This document shows, one piece after another, positions 7,770 through 16,488 of a stretch of 64,000 nt of DNA. The stretch lies in IMG/VR virus record IMGVR_UViG_3300023083_000001, positions 194,358 to 258,357 of that record, one strand, 5' to 3'. Each line of letters opens with the position of its first letter. Within the stretch, counting starts at the first letter, position 1. The notes below the pieces were generated by a model. It worked only from the letters and a program-made list of their open reading frames with translations. It had not been told where the DNA came from and did not search any database. The translations under genes and the position numbers were made by a program.

Positions 7770-9749
7770 ATGAGCAATAACGACGATTTCCAAACACGTA
7801 GCGACAGCCAACCCGAGGGCCGTCAGCCACGCCAGGAATCCCAAAGCAACGACCGTGCACAAGCCCGCGACGAGCGCCCTCGTCAAAGCCAACGCAATGA
7901 CGGTGAGCAAGTGACTCTGGCTGACCTCGGTCGTCTGAACGCACGTCCTGGTGTCGGTGGTCTGTCTGACGCAGCTCTGGTAGCAATGATCGAAGCTTTC
8001 GACGGCGCCAAAGCGTTCGACAAGCCAAACGTTCCTGAAGCAGTAAGCCGCAAGCGTTTCCGCGTGCTGCCACTGGATCAGAGCACTGGCCGTACGTCAC
8101 TGTCCAGCCTCCTGGTCGTTCTGCCGACCGAAATCGCTGGCAAACTCTTCACCCTGGTTTACGTTCTGCTGATCGAACAGCCGGGCGGCCCAGGTCTGCG
8201 TACTCTGTCTGATCGTGGCGAGCAATTCGAAGCCCTGATCCTGCCAGAAGACGTGATGACCGATCGTTACATCACCGTCATCAAGAGCCAGGTTGCCAAC
8301 CTGCAAGACAACTCGAACATTCTGATCGTCGGTAGCCAAGTGCTGTTGTACAGCACCGTAGCCACCATCACCGAGAAAGAAGGTCAAGCTGCAATCGCCG
8401 CCGTCTACGACAACGCGCTCGACGCCATCTCCGGCTTCCGCGAAAACATCGTCGACGCACTGAGCGACAAACGCAACGACGGCATGCGTATCAACCCTGG
8501 CATGATTGCCCGGACTGACCGCCTGGAAGTGTCTTTCGATTACAGCGGCAAAACCATCTCCGACTCTTCGGGTCTGCCGGTGCGTTCTGACGTGACTTCT
8601 GCCCTGTACTACTCGGCAGCAGCCCCTGAAGAAGAAAACCTGTACTCCCGTACTCTGCTCGGCGAAGTCCGCGCTGGCCTGGACCTGTTCCTGACCGACG
8701 ACGGCGTCGATCGTACCATCCCAAGCTTCGGTTCGCGCCGTCGCCGCGCTGGTGGTCGTGATGAAGTGGATCAGCCATTCTGGCAGCCAGTGTTCAACAT
8801 CACTTCGATCAACTGCCCTGCTGGCATTCCGTTCTCGCTGGAACTGGCTCAGCTGTTGCTGGCCCAGGTAGCACTGCAATCCAACGACTATCGTTGGGCG
8901 AACGTGCTGCGTCCTCGTTCCACCATCGCCGGTGGTCTGAAGCCAGTCGCACAACTGTCGCACCTGCACCTGCTGAACCCGGACAAGGAAAAGGCCGCCG
9001 TCATCAACGACGTCAGCCAGAACATGTCCGATCCCGATCTGTACGACTTCCTCGACGTCACTGTCAAACCGGAAATCGTATTCGGCATGGCGATCCCTTC
9101 CAGCGGCGAGAAATCTTGGGTGCTCAGCATCTACGAGCGTATCGCACTGGCAGATCCGCGTGACGCCGAGAAACTGATCGACACCTTGTTCGCATCGGCC
9201 GACGTTCTGACCGGTGGTCGTTTCACGAAACTGTACGACGAACTCTCCAACGGCACCAACCCGTCGCCGGTTGCGGCATACGGCACTCGCGCCTTCACCG
9301 GCACCTGGACCGATACCGACGGCAACGTGCGTCCTCTGAGCGAATGGAACGTTCCGGCGGTCCTGACTTCGGTTGGCGTGAAGAACCCAGAGCTGGCTCA
9401 AGACTACCAGTACACCTTCGAAGACCGTCGTCACTCGGTCGACTACAGCTTGGCACAACGCAACGGCATCCTGTCGCGCATTGTTCCAGGTCTGCACATC
9501 GTCGGTACCTGTGAGCAACTGAGCTTCCACCCTTGGTACATCCAAGCGTTGTCTCTGGCCCTGGCTGATGCGAACATGGCATCGCTGCCAACCAGCGGTG
9601 ATGGCCTGCAACAGTCGCGTCGTGTGGGTAGCACCGACTTCTCGGCGTTCGCTACTGCGGATATCGGCTCTTCGCGCCGTCGTCCAAACGACACTGCTGA
9701 TCGTGGCCGTGGTCGCGATCGCTTCAATGGCGGTGGCAACTACTACTGA
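7770..9749 (+). CDS. chmA: Chimallin, phage nuclear shell protein (phiKZ gp54-like)
   Basis: 659 aa directly upstream of nvRNAP beta'-N; strong codon bias; AAGGAG SD; disordered termini; LELAQLLLAQ...RWANVLRP and FHPWYIQAL segments. Confidence 0.85.
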   Translation: MSNNDDFQTRSDSQPEGRQPRQESQSNDRAQARDERPRQSQRNDGEQVTLADLGRLNARPGVGGLSDAALVAMIEAFDGAKAFDKPNVPEAVSRKRFRVLPLDQSTGRTSLSSLLVVLPTEIAGKLFTLVYVLLIEQPGGPGLRTLSDRGEQFEALILPEDVMTDRYITVIKSQVANLQDNSNILIVGSQVLLYSTVATITEKEGQAAIAAVYDNALDAISGFRENIVDALSDKRNDGMRINPGMIARTDRLEVSFDYSGKTISDSSGLPVRSDVTSALYYSAAAPEEENLYSRTLLGEVRAGLDLFLTDDGVDRTIPSFGSRRRRAGGRDEVDQPFWQPVFNITSINCPAGIPFSLELAQLLLAQVALQSNDYRWANVLRPRSTIAGGLKPVAQLSHLHLLNPDKEKAAVINDVSQNMSDPDLYDFLDVTVKPEIVFGMAIPSSGEKSWVLSIYERIALADPRDAEKLIDTLFASADVLTGGRFTKLYDELSNGTNPSPVAAYGTRAFTGTWTDTDGNVRPLSEWNVPAVLTSVGVKNPELAQDYQYTFEDRRHSVDYSLAQRNGILSRIVPGLHIVGTCEQLSFHPWYIQALSLALADANMASLPTSGDGLQQSRRVGSTDFSAFATADIGSSRRRPNDTADRGRGRDRFNGGGNYY

Positions 9750-9777
9750 GTCTGGTAGTAGTCGTTAGGGTATAGAT

Positions 9778-9815
9778 CAGGAGAGGGGTAATTCCCTCTC
9801 CTGCTTCTTTTTTTT
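9778..9815 (+). terminator. Intrinsic terminator after chmA
   Basis: caggagaggg-gtaatt-ccctctcctg followed by cttc and a T8 run. Confidence 0.8.
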
Positions 9816-9836
9816 CTTATCCCTAGGAGATCGTGT

Positions 9837-11327
9837 ATGGAATTGATTACTCAGGATATCCATGAACCTCGGCAACGGTATCCTGGTCGAAAAGGTATTT
9901 ACCCCATCATCGAGAACTTCGATGACATCTTTCGTCGTCTAGATATCCAGCCCGTGTTGGCTAATGACCTGGATCTGACAACAGATGCCGGTAAAGAACG
10001 ATTCAATGATCTGGTCTATACGAAGTACGATGGTGACGTGTTCTCTAACGTTCCCGCTTGTCCATGTCGTTACACCAAAGGTGGTAGCAAGATCCGTCAC
10101 AAGTGTGTCCGTTGTGGGCACTTAGTTCTACCGATTACCGAACAGTCCATCGAACCCATTGTCTGGGTGCGTGTGCCTGACGAACTCCCTGCTTTCATGA
10201 ACCTGACTGTGTACCGACTACTGCGTGCTCGTTTCACCAAGAGCGGCTTCAGCGTAATCGACTACATGCTCGACCCGAAATACCGTCCTCCGAAACTGGA
10301 AAGTATCGAGGAAAATCTGACCAAAGCAATATGCCCTGTGCGTGGGATTGTTTATTTCCACAAACACTTCGACAAGATCATCACTGCTCTGTGTGACCTC
10401 CGGCACTTTCAGTCGGCGACTCGCGGTGCTGTGACGCTCAAGTTCGTAGAAGCTCACCGAAAGCTCATATTCTGTAAGTACATTCCGTTCCCTTCCAAGA
10501 TCGGTTTCATTGTAGAAGATGTCGGCGATCGTAAGTACGTTGACCCGAAGATGGCGCCTGCTCTTAATGCGCTGATCTCTCTGGCTAACGTCACCAACGG
10601 CGGCCGTTCAGCAGTACGTGACATGGAGAGCCGTGTAGCCCGTGCCATTGGCAGTCTGGCGAACTACTACTCCAGCAACGAACACAGCAAGATCTTCGAT
10701 AAGAAAGGTATCTTGCGCAAACTGGTGTATGGGGTAAGTCCACACTTTACCTTCCGTACGGTTATCACCAGTAACCATAAACCTCACGACCATGAATCTC
10801 TCGAGACTCCATGGGGTGCAACAGTCCTGACGCTCAAGTTGCATTTGGCGAACAAGCTGTTGGCAGAACGTTATACGCCGAATGAAATCCTGACGCTGAT
10901 CTACGATAACACTCTGCGTACGCACTACAAGCTGGAAGAGCTGATCGATATACTGATCGCGGAAAGTCCGGGTGGACGTGGTATTCCGTGTGGCTTTACC
11001 CGATTCCCATCGCTGAAACGCGGTTCTACCCAACGGTTCTTCATCAACCGGGTGAAACGTGATCCTACAGCGCTGAGTACATCGATTTCGGTATTGACGC
11101 TTATTGCGCCGAACGCTGACTTTGATGGCGATTACATGACTGGACAACTCTGCCTGGATAACCAGACAGCCAGAGCGTTTGACCGGATGGCGCCGTACAC
11201 TGGGATCATGGATCTCAAACGCCCATTCCGTGTGGGTAATCATGCGTCCATCCCAGCGCCTGTTCTATCGACAATCAATGCCCGTCTAGAAGAGGGTGAT
11301 GACCTGTCAGTACCTGTGGAGGATTGA
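9837..11327 (+). CDS. Non-virion RNA polymerase beta' N-terminal subunit (phiKZ gp55-56.1-like), uninterrupted
   Basis: Catalytic NADFDGD motif; N-terminal Zn ribbon CPC...CVRCG. Confidence 0.92.
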   Translation: MELITQDIHEPRQRYPGRKGIYPIIENFDDIFRRLDIQPVLANDLDLTTDAGKERFNDLVYTKYDGDVFSNVPACPCRYTKGGSKIRHKCVRCGHLVLPITEQSIEPIVWVRVPDELPAFMNLTVYRLLRARFTKSGFSVIDYMLDPKYRPPKLESIEENLTKAICPVRGIVYFHKHFDKIITALCDLRHFQSATRGAVTLKFVEAHRKLIFCKYIPFPSKIGFIVEDVGDRKYVDPKMAPALNALISLANVTNGGRSAVRDMESRVARAIGSLANYYSSNEHSKIFDKKGILRKLVYGVSPHFTFRTVITSNHKPHDHESLETPWGATVLTLKLHLANKLLAERYTPNEILTLIYDNTLRTHYKLEELIDILIAESPGGRGIPCGFTRFPSLKRGSTQRFFINRVKRDPTALSTSISVLTLIAPNADFDGDYMTGQLCLDNQTARAFDRMAPYTGIMDLKRPFRVGNHASIPAPVLSTINARLEEGDDLSVPVED

Positions 11328-11328
11328 A

Positions 11329-11946
11329 ATGGCATACCTGCTGAGCCAGGCCGACAATGACGTCATCCATGCGACGACCCATGGCCTGATTAATAATGAC
11401 GATCTCGGTTTCTTACGGGAACGTATGAGTTCTACCATGCGGACGATGGGGAACTTTGCATCGAAGTATCTGAACGAAGCGCGTGAGAAGTTGGAGAAGT
11501 TCGATCTGGGTCGCCTCCGGGATCGAGTGGAAGTCATGCGTGATCGTTTCGGTCGTCGATGGGACGAGGATCGTATCCTCGAAGTGGTGGACCTTGGTGG
11601 TTTCCAGAATGCCAAGCCTACCATGCGGAAATACATCATGGCTGAACCAAGAACCCGTCGTCTCTATCACCAGGGACGTTTGGACGGCTATGGTAGTTTG
11701 TATCAGGATGACGAACCTGATTGCGTTGGGCGTGAACACACAGCGTATCGTGAGGTCATGCAAGGCGCATCGGTAGGTGATGAAGAGGAAGACCGCTTCG
11801 TGACTTACCTGGGATTGGAGACCGAGGAAGGTCACCCACTATCCCACGTCGAACGTACGGCAGTCCGTCGTACATGGGCTGAGCAGAAAGCAATCCTGGA
11901 TCGCGGTAAACAAGATCCAACGAGCCCGCTGCGCAAGACCCTGTAA
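11329..11946 (+). CDS. Conserved Chimalliviridae hypothetical protein
   Basis: ATG 1 nt after the RNAP stop, GGAGG SD; ends DPTSPLRKTL. Confidence 0.8.
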   Translation: MAYLLSQADNDVIHATTHGLINNDDLGFLRERMSSTMRTMGNFASKYLNEAREKLEKFDLGRLRDRVEVMRDRFGRRWDEDRILEVVDLGGFQNAKPTMRKYIMAEPRTRRLYHQGRLDGYGSLYQDDEPDCVGREHTAYREVMQGASVGDEEEDRFVTYLGLETEEGHPLSHVERTAVRRTWAEQKAILDRGKQDPTSPLRKTL

Positions 11947-11955
11947 CTGAAAACG

Positions 11956-11983
11956 TACAGCCCGGTGAAAGCCGGGCTGTATG
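11956..11983. repeat. Palindromic hairpin-family member
   Basis: tacagcccgg-tgaaag-ccgggctgta(tg); arms match those of the 31952 element. Confidence 0.8.
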
Positions 11984-12009
11984 CCCTATCGATCATTAGG
12001 AGATCAGGC

Positions 12010-12384
12010 ATGTCCGAGATTATTCCAGGTAGTACCCTCAACAAACTCAAGGCTTCTGCGGAATTACTGCGTGACATGCAGTTTCATCCATTCGACCAAG
12101 AACCGACCAATTTCACCAACCCACTCAAGATCCCAGTGACCTTGGTGGTGAAGCCCGCTGAGACCACAGCCATCTTCGAAAATCTGGTTGAGGGTAATGT
12201 TTTCGAATTCACCGCTACCGACAAACAGAACCCGTCGAGTCGTTGTGTTGTAACGATGGGGTTCGCTATGGGTGATGCTGATCTATTGCTCCGTTACACC
12301 TACAGCGAGTTCCCTGTGGACTCTTCGGTGGTTATAAACGCCATTGAAGACGGCGTCAAAGCCTGGCATGGGTTGATGAACTAA
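12010..12384 (+). CDS. Accessory hypothetical protein
   Basis: ATG 12010 after AGGAG; 124 aa. Confidence 0.75.
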   Translation: MSEIIPGSTLNKLKASAELLRDMQFHPFDQEPTNFTNPLKIPVTLVVKPAETTAIFENLVEGNVFEFTATDKQNPSSRCVVTMGFAMGDADLLLRYTYSEFPVDSSVVINAIEDGVKAWHGLMN

Positions 12385-12402
12385 CCCAATAAGGAGTTGA
12401 AC

Positions 12403-12996
12403 GTGAACAAAGAGTACCACTTAACTTACCGCCATTTCCCAGCAACCCAGGAGATTTCTATGAAAACCGAAACAGAAGATCTTGACATCAATCATCCAGG
12501 TCCACTCACGGCTGCTGATATCCCAGCCTGGGTCCGTCGTCAAGTCCTCGGGCATTCGCAACGCGAAACTGCGCCAGATCAACTTGAAGATGGTTATTGG
12601 GATCAGCTTCAACGTGACATTGTAAATCGTTACAACGGCCGTACTCCAGACGGAACGGAACAAGACTTCGTGATCAGCGAAGCGCAAACGCAGATCCAGA
12701 TGTTACGTCAAGGCGTAAGCCACGAGTTCGGCTCAAGCCTGCGTGAAGACAACACTTTGGCCGACCTGCTTAATAGCAACGAAGTCGCTTCAGCTAAGGT
12801 TGAAGTCTACACCGGCGCCGAAGCGATCGAATCGTACCGCAAGAAGATGGAAGGCCTGACGCCAGAACAAGTCGAGTTCATGACCAACCTCGGTTGTGGA
12901 CCTGATGACGTCGTGACAGTTACTCACGTTGCAGATTCCGGCCAGCGTATCCTTGACGTCCAGCACGGTAACACCACGACCAGCATCAAGCCGTAA
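12403..12996 (+). CDS. Accessory acidic hypothetical protein; alternative in-frame start at ATG 12460
   Basis: AAGGAG before GTG 12403 and AGGAG before ATG 12460. Confidence 0.75.
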   Translation: MNKEYHLTYRHFPATQEISMKTETEDLDINHPGPLTAADIPAWVRRQVLGHSQRETAPDQLEDGYWDQLQRDIVNRYNGRTPDGTEQDFVISEAQTQIQMLRQGVSHEFGSSLREDNTLADLLNSNEVASAKVEVYTGAEAIESYRKKMEGLTPEQVEFMTNLGCGPDDVVTVTHVADSGQRILDVQHGNTTTSIKP

Positions 12997-13035
12997 GGAA
13001 TGGTTTGAACGTTACCGATATCAAGGAGTAATCCA

Positions 13036-13356
13036 ATGACTCTGCAACAACTATCTGCCATGTTTCTGTTGGCAGGGATCGAAGTCAAAAGTGTTGTCTC
13101 CATTCCTAACGAGTATGTCAGGGATGCAACAGACAGTCCTTGGTGGTTAGTGGGGACTTCAATGGGTCTGATCAAGATCGGTTGGAGACGCCGTGTCATC
13201 AACATCGATTGGTCACAAACCAATCGGCGCGGTATCTGCACGCAAGACGAAGTGACTAAGGGTGACGATCATGTCCACGCTTATAGTCATGGCAAAGCCG
13301 TGCAGTATTTGAGTGACCTATACCGTCACGTCCCAGTCTTCAAGGAACCCGTGTAA
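13036..13356 (+). CDS. Accessory phage hypothetical protein
   Basis: 106 aa; AAGGAG SD; PWW...G.IKIGWRRRVINIDW segment. Confidence 0.8.
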   Translation: MTLQQLSAMFLLAGIEVKSVVSIPNEYVRDATDSPWWLVGTSMGLIKIGWRRRVINIDWSQTNRRGICTQDEVTKGDDHVHAYSHGKAVQYLSDLYRHVPVFKEPV

Positions 13357-13688
13357 TGTCAAGCGACAAGAACGAACAAGTGGAAGAGCTGGAAATCTCT
13401 ATCAAAGGGACTCCAGAACAGATCGATGCGATGTTGGAAAGTGGCGATCTACAAACGGCGATCTCTTCAGTCACCGCAGAGTTTGACGCTGAAACTGAGG
13501 AAACTCATGTCCACGCGCTGGTATCTCTGACTTACAACGGCCTCGTGACTAAAGAAGTCGCAGGCGAGCTGCTGGAGAGCGCACTGGAACACGTCCGTGA
13601 AGAAGGCATGTTGTCTGACCCGGAATGGCTGAACGACCCTGCCACCGAAGAACTGGCTTGCGACGAAATCAAAGTTCGTATCCTTTAA
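13356..13688 (+). CDS. Accessory acidic hypothetical protein
   Basis: 110 aa; TAATG overlap with the upstream gene. Confidence 0.78.
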   Translation: MSSDKNEQVEELEISIKGTPEQIDAMLESGDLQTAISSVTAEFDAETEETHVHALVSLTYNGLVTKEVAGELLESALEHVREEGMLSDPEWLNDPATEELACDEIKVRIL

Positions 13689-13698
13689 GGAGGTGATC

Positions 13699-13818
13699 AT
13701 GAATACGTTCTATTGGTTGATCTACACACGTTGCCCTCTTCCATGTCGGGAGAGGGGCGTAAGTGGATCAACAACATGTCGAGTGATAAAACCAAAAGTC
13801 AACAGCGGCGTAAAGTAG
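13699..13818 (+). CDS. Possible 39-aa peptide (MNTFYWLIYTRCPLPC...)
   Basis: AAGGAGGTGATC immediately before ATG 13699; below the ORF-track size cutoff. Confidence 0.35.
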   Translation: MNTFYWLIYTRCPLPCRERGVSGSTTCRVIKPKVNSGVK

Positions 13819-14030
13819 ATTCATTAGCTGTGGTTAAACAGCTGACCATTTGTAAGTATCACAACGCATCGGTAACTATTCCTCTGGGGCGGTTACGTAA
13901 GAGCCATGCGTTGAATTGCGGTAGGTCGCACTGCAAGCTGTGCAGTAATCCACGTAGGACTTGGGGTCGGTTGACCTTACCTGAAATTAAAGCGAATGAA
14001 GCCTTTCGATACGCGCTTATTCAATCGTAG
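13776..14030 (+). CDS. Basic Cys/His protein, likely Zn-binding
   Basis: H-ALN-CGRSHCKLC-SNPR motif; start may be 13743 or 13776. Confidence 0.65.
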   Translation: MSSDKTKSQQRRKVDSLAVVKQLTICKYHNASVTIPLGRLRKSHALNCGRSHCKLCSNPRRTWGRLTLPEIKANEAFRYALIQS

Positions 14031-14040
14031 GGGAATACGA

Positions 14041-14256
14041 ATGTCTGGGTGTGAAAGGTGTGTTGGGAAAATGAACATTCTCTTGAGGATTGGTGAGTTG
14101 TCCCACGAGAAAAGGCTGTCAGATGAACAGCACGAACCTTTTGTATTGTACGAAACGCGTATGAATGAGGAGAGTGTATTGGTTATCGAACCAATGTACG
14201 GAGACAGGCTTTCAGTAACGCTGATTGTAGGTAACACGCAAATCCGTACCGTCTAG
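14041..14256 (+). CDS. Accessory hypothetical protein with N-terminal CxxC
   Basis: ATG 14041 after AGGGGA; CERC. Confidence 0.6.
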   Translation: MSGCERCVGKMNILLRIGELSHEKRLSDEQHEPFVLYETRMNEESVLVIEPMYGDRLSVTLIVGNTQIRTV

Positions 14257-14259
14257 CAG

Positions 14260-14305
14260 CATACACCCCCAGGCGAAAGCCTGGGGGTGGTCTGTTCTTT
14301 TTTTT
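14260..14305 (+). terminator. Intrinsic terminator closing the accessory cassette
   Basis: CATA, then cacccccaggc-GAAA-gcctgggggtg, then a T8 run. Confidence 0.85.
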
Positions 14306-14347
14306 GTTTACGCAATCAGCATATCCTGTATAGAGCAGGAGTTTATA

Positions 14348-14749
14348 ATGAAAACGTCGAGTATAGGTCCAATCGCCAATCCATTGACTTCATTGGTGGT
14401 CACTGATGAAAGATTCGTCAAAGTTAGAGATGAGTCAGGCGTACACTACGCACTGAACGTCAATACACCGTCCGAAGTTATCATGGCCGCCAATCAGATA
14501 TTTGCCAAACACGTAGTCCTCCCCTACAACGAGATGGTTATTAAAGCGTTGTTGACCCATCCGGTTCACGGGAAGATTTTCATAGTGACTGCATTAGAAG
14601 AAGAATTATACAACCCACAGTCCGTAGCTGTTCGTTACAACTTACCGCCTGAAAGATTATTCCCTTTGCGTGAATGGTGGGGTACCATCGTGAATATGCT
14701 GTTCGATTACCAAAATCTGTTCGCGGAAGACAACGCGCAACTCAAATAG
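14348..14749 (+). CDS. Hypothetical protein
   Basis: 133 aa; AGGAG SD. Confidence 0.75.
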   Translation: MKTSSIGPIANPLTSLVVTDERFVKVRDESGVHYALNVNTPSEVIMAANQIFAKHVVLPYNEMVIKALLTHPVHGKIFIVTALEEELYNPQSVAVRYNLPPERLFPLREWWGTIVNMLFDYQNLFAEDNAQLK

Positions 14750-14781
14750 GATGTCCTGCTTAATCACCCGAGTACATCCTC

Positions 14782-15207
14782 ATGTCAGTCAACGTAATCA
14801 CGCTAGGTAAAGAAGGTAAGCTTGATGATCCCGATCTGAAGATCGACTACATCATGAACTGCTACTTCTTCTCCAAGTACAGCCAGTCCACCTTGTTTGC
14901 AGGTAAGATCACTTCACTGACTAAAGTCATCCAGATGTACGGTGATGACGCCATCAGTATCCGTAAGGAAGTAGAAGAGTCCCTGCAAGCATTCTTGAAC
15001 AAGTTCTTCACCACAGCCAGTGTTGAAGTGACTGTGGAAGATACCGGAGTAAACCCTGGTATTAAATTACAAATCAATGCAATAGTAAGCGACGGAGCAA
15101 GCATCTCACCTAATTCGTATAGCGTGGGTTATTCGCTCATGGTCAAGGATTCGACTCTTAAGTCCATCCTCAATATCCAGACCCGTCAAGAACTTCTCGA
15201 TAGTTAA
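14782..15207 (+). CDS. Conserved protein, possibly T4 gp25-like baseplate wedge/sheath initiator
   Basis: 141 aa; helix (SLQAFLNKFF) followed by three beta-strand-like segments; inferred from pattern only. Confidence 0.45.
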   Translation: MSVNVITLGKEGKLDDPDLKIDYIMNCYFFSKYSQSTLFAGKITSLTKVIQMYGDDAISIRKEVEESLQAFLNKFFTTASVEVTVEDTGVNPGIKLQINAIVSDGASISPNSYSVGYSLMVKDSTLKSILNIQTRQELLDS

Positions 15208-15233
15208 ACAACCCGCGTAAGGAAAGCCCTACA

Positions 15234-15758
15234 ATGTCGCAAAAACACATCGCTAAAGGCCGCAAGTTCCCGAAGACTTCGGATGAGCTGCACATGTTCA
15301 TCGCCGAATCCTTCCGCGACTTGCTGGCTGTTCCAGAAAACGGCGCGATCTTCGCTAACACAGTGCTTCACGCCCAACTGAGCGCACTGACCGCCAATCG
15401 TGAACACGAACAACGTGCGCAGACCGCGATCGTCCTGGTCAAGACCGAATACCCACAGTGCGTACGCGCTACAGTCACCGCGCCAGTCGTTGAAGGCGAG
15501 CTGCTGAGCGTTACCCTGGAAGTGCGTGACAACGGTCCTGAAAGCGACTGGGTCGACGCTGGCAAGCTCTACACCAAGGAAGCACTGGACAACGTCGGCA
15601 AGCTGGTTCTGTCCCAGACCGCCACACCAGGCGATCAGTGGTACGTGACCACCAACCACGCTGTCGATAAGGCGCGTGAGCAGGTCAGCCAGATGATGCT
15701 GGAACAAGCCGATGCACTGGCAGCAATGACGGCTGAAGCTCCAGCGTCCGTCAACTGA
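15234..15758 (+). CDS. Hypothetical protein
   Basis: 174 aa; AAGGA SD; strong codon bias. Confidence 0.8.
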   Translation: MSQKHIAKGRKFPKTSDELHMFIAESFRDLLAVPENGAIFANTVLHAQLSALTANREHEQRAQTAIVLVKTEYPQCVRATVTAPVVEGELLSVTLEVRDNGPESDWVDAGKLYTKEALDNVGKLVLSQTATPGDQWYVTTNHAVDKAREQVSQMMLEQADALAAMTAEAPASVN

Positions 15759-15779
15759 TCCGTCATTCCCGGCCAACTA

Positions 15780-15803
15780 CCAGAGAGGATAAAACCTCTC
15801 TGG
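15780..15803. terminator. Intergenic hairpin
   Basis: ccagagagg-ataaaa-cctctctgg. Confidence 0.55.
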
Positions 15804-15819
15804 TCAGTCAGAGGTTTTT

Positions 15820-16488
15820 ATGTCCGAAGCTGAAGATAACAAAGTAAAAGAACCGATAGACCCAGCATCTGATCATTACCGTGAGATCATCAACACCGGC
15901 CTCGAGCATATGACCGAAGCCGCGAAAGAGATCAATGGTTTTGTTGCACAGCGCAAGCGTGTGGTGCCTGAGGGTTTCTTCATCAACATGTTGCTGCCGA
16001 TCATTCGTGCACACATCCGCCAAGAACATCCCGTGGAATTGGGATACTGGCTGAACGTGGCCGACGGCATGCACAACACCATCGACGTGCATGATGACAA
16101 AGATCCAGCGAAAATCCTCTTCACCGTACCACCTGCTTTCAACAACTTACCTGACCGTGACAAGAAACCAGAAACGGGTAAGCGCTTCGGCACTATCGCG
16201 CAGCTGGTTAACGCTCAGGCGGGCATGCTGGACAATGGCGACACTCGCGGTAGCATGGCTATTGATAACGAACTCAACGCTATCTGTGCTCCCCGTCCCG
16301 AAGATGACGAGAAGACCAAAAACCTGTTACTCCTGGTTGAGATCTACGAGCGATACGAGCTTCCTCTAGAAGAACTCCTCGGATCAGCGGCCGACGAAAT
16401 TCGTCAGCTACTCCGAAAGCGCGACGGCAAAGTTGTACAGGGAACTACAAATGACGGCGATGACGAAGAGCCACCCCTCCTCTACTAA
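15820..16488 (+). CDS. Conserved Chimalliviridae hypothetical protein
   Basis: 222 aa; ILFTVPP segment; acidic tail; GAGG SD. Confidence 0.8.
   Translation: MSEAEDNKVKEPIDPASDHYREIINTGLEHMTEAAKEINGFVAQRKRVVPEGFFINMLLPIIRAHIRQEHPVELGYWLNVADGMHNTIDVHDDKDPAKILFTVPPAFNNLPDRDKKPETGKRFGTIAQLVNAQAGMLDNGDTRGSMAIDNELNAICAPRPEDDEKTKNLLLLVEIYERYELPLEELLGSAADEIRQLLRKRDGKVVQGTTNDGDDEEPPLLY

Noticed and set aside
8097-9611. 504-aa ORF antisense to chmA
   Set aside because: Shadow frame caused by the strong codon bias of chmA; no SD, and the composition mirrors the sense codons.
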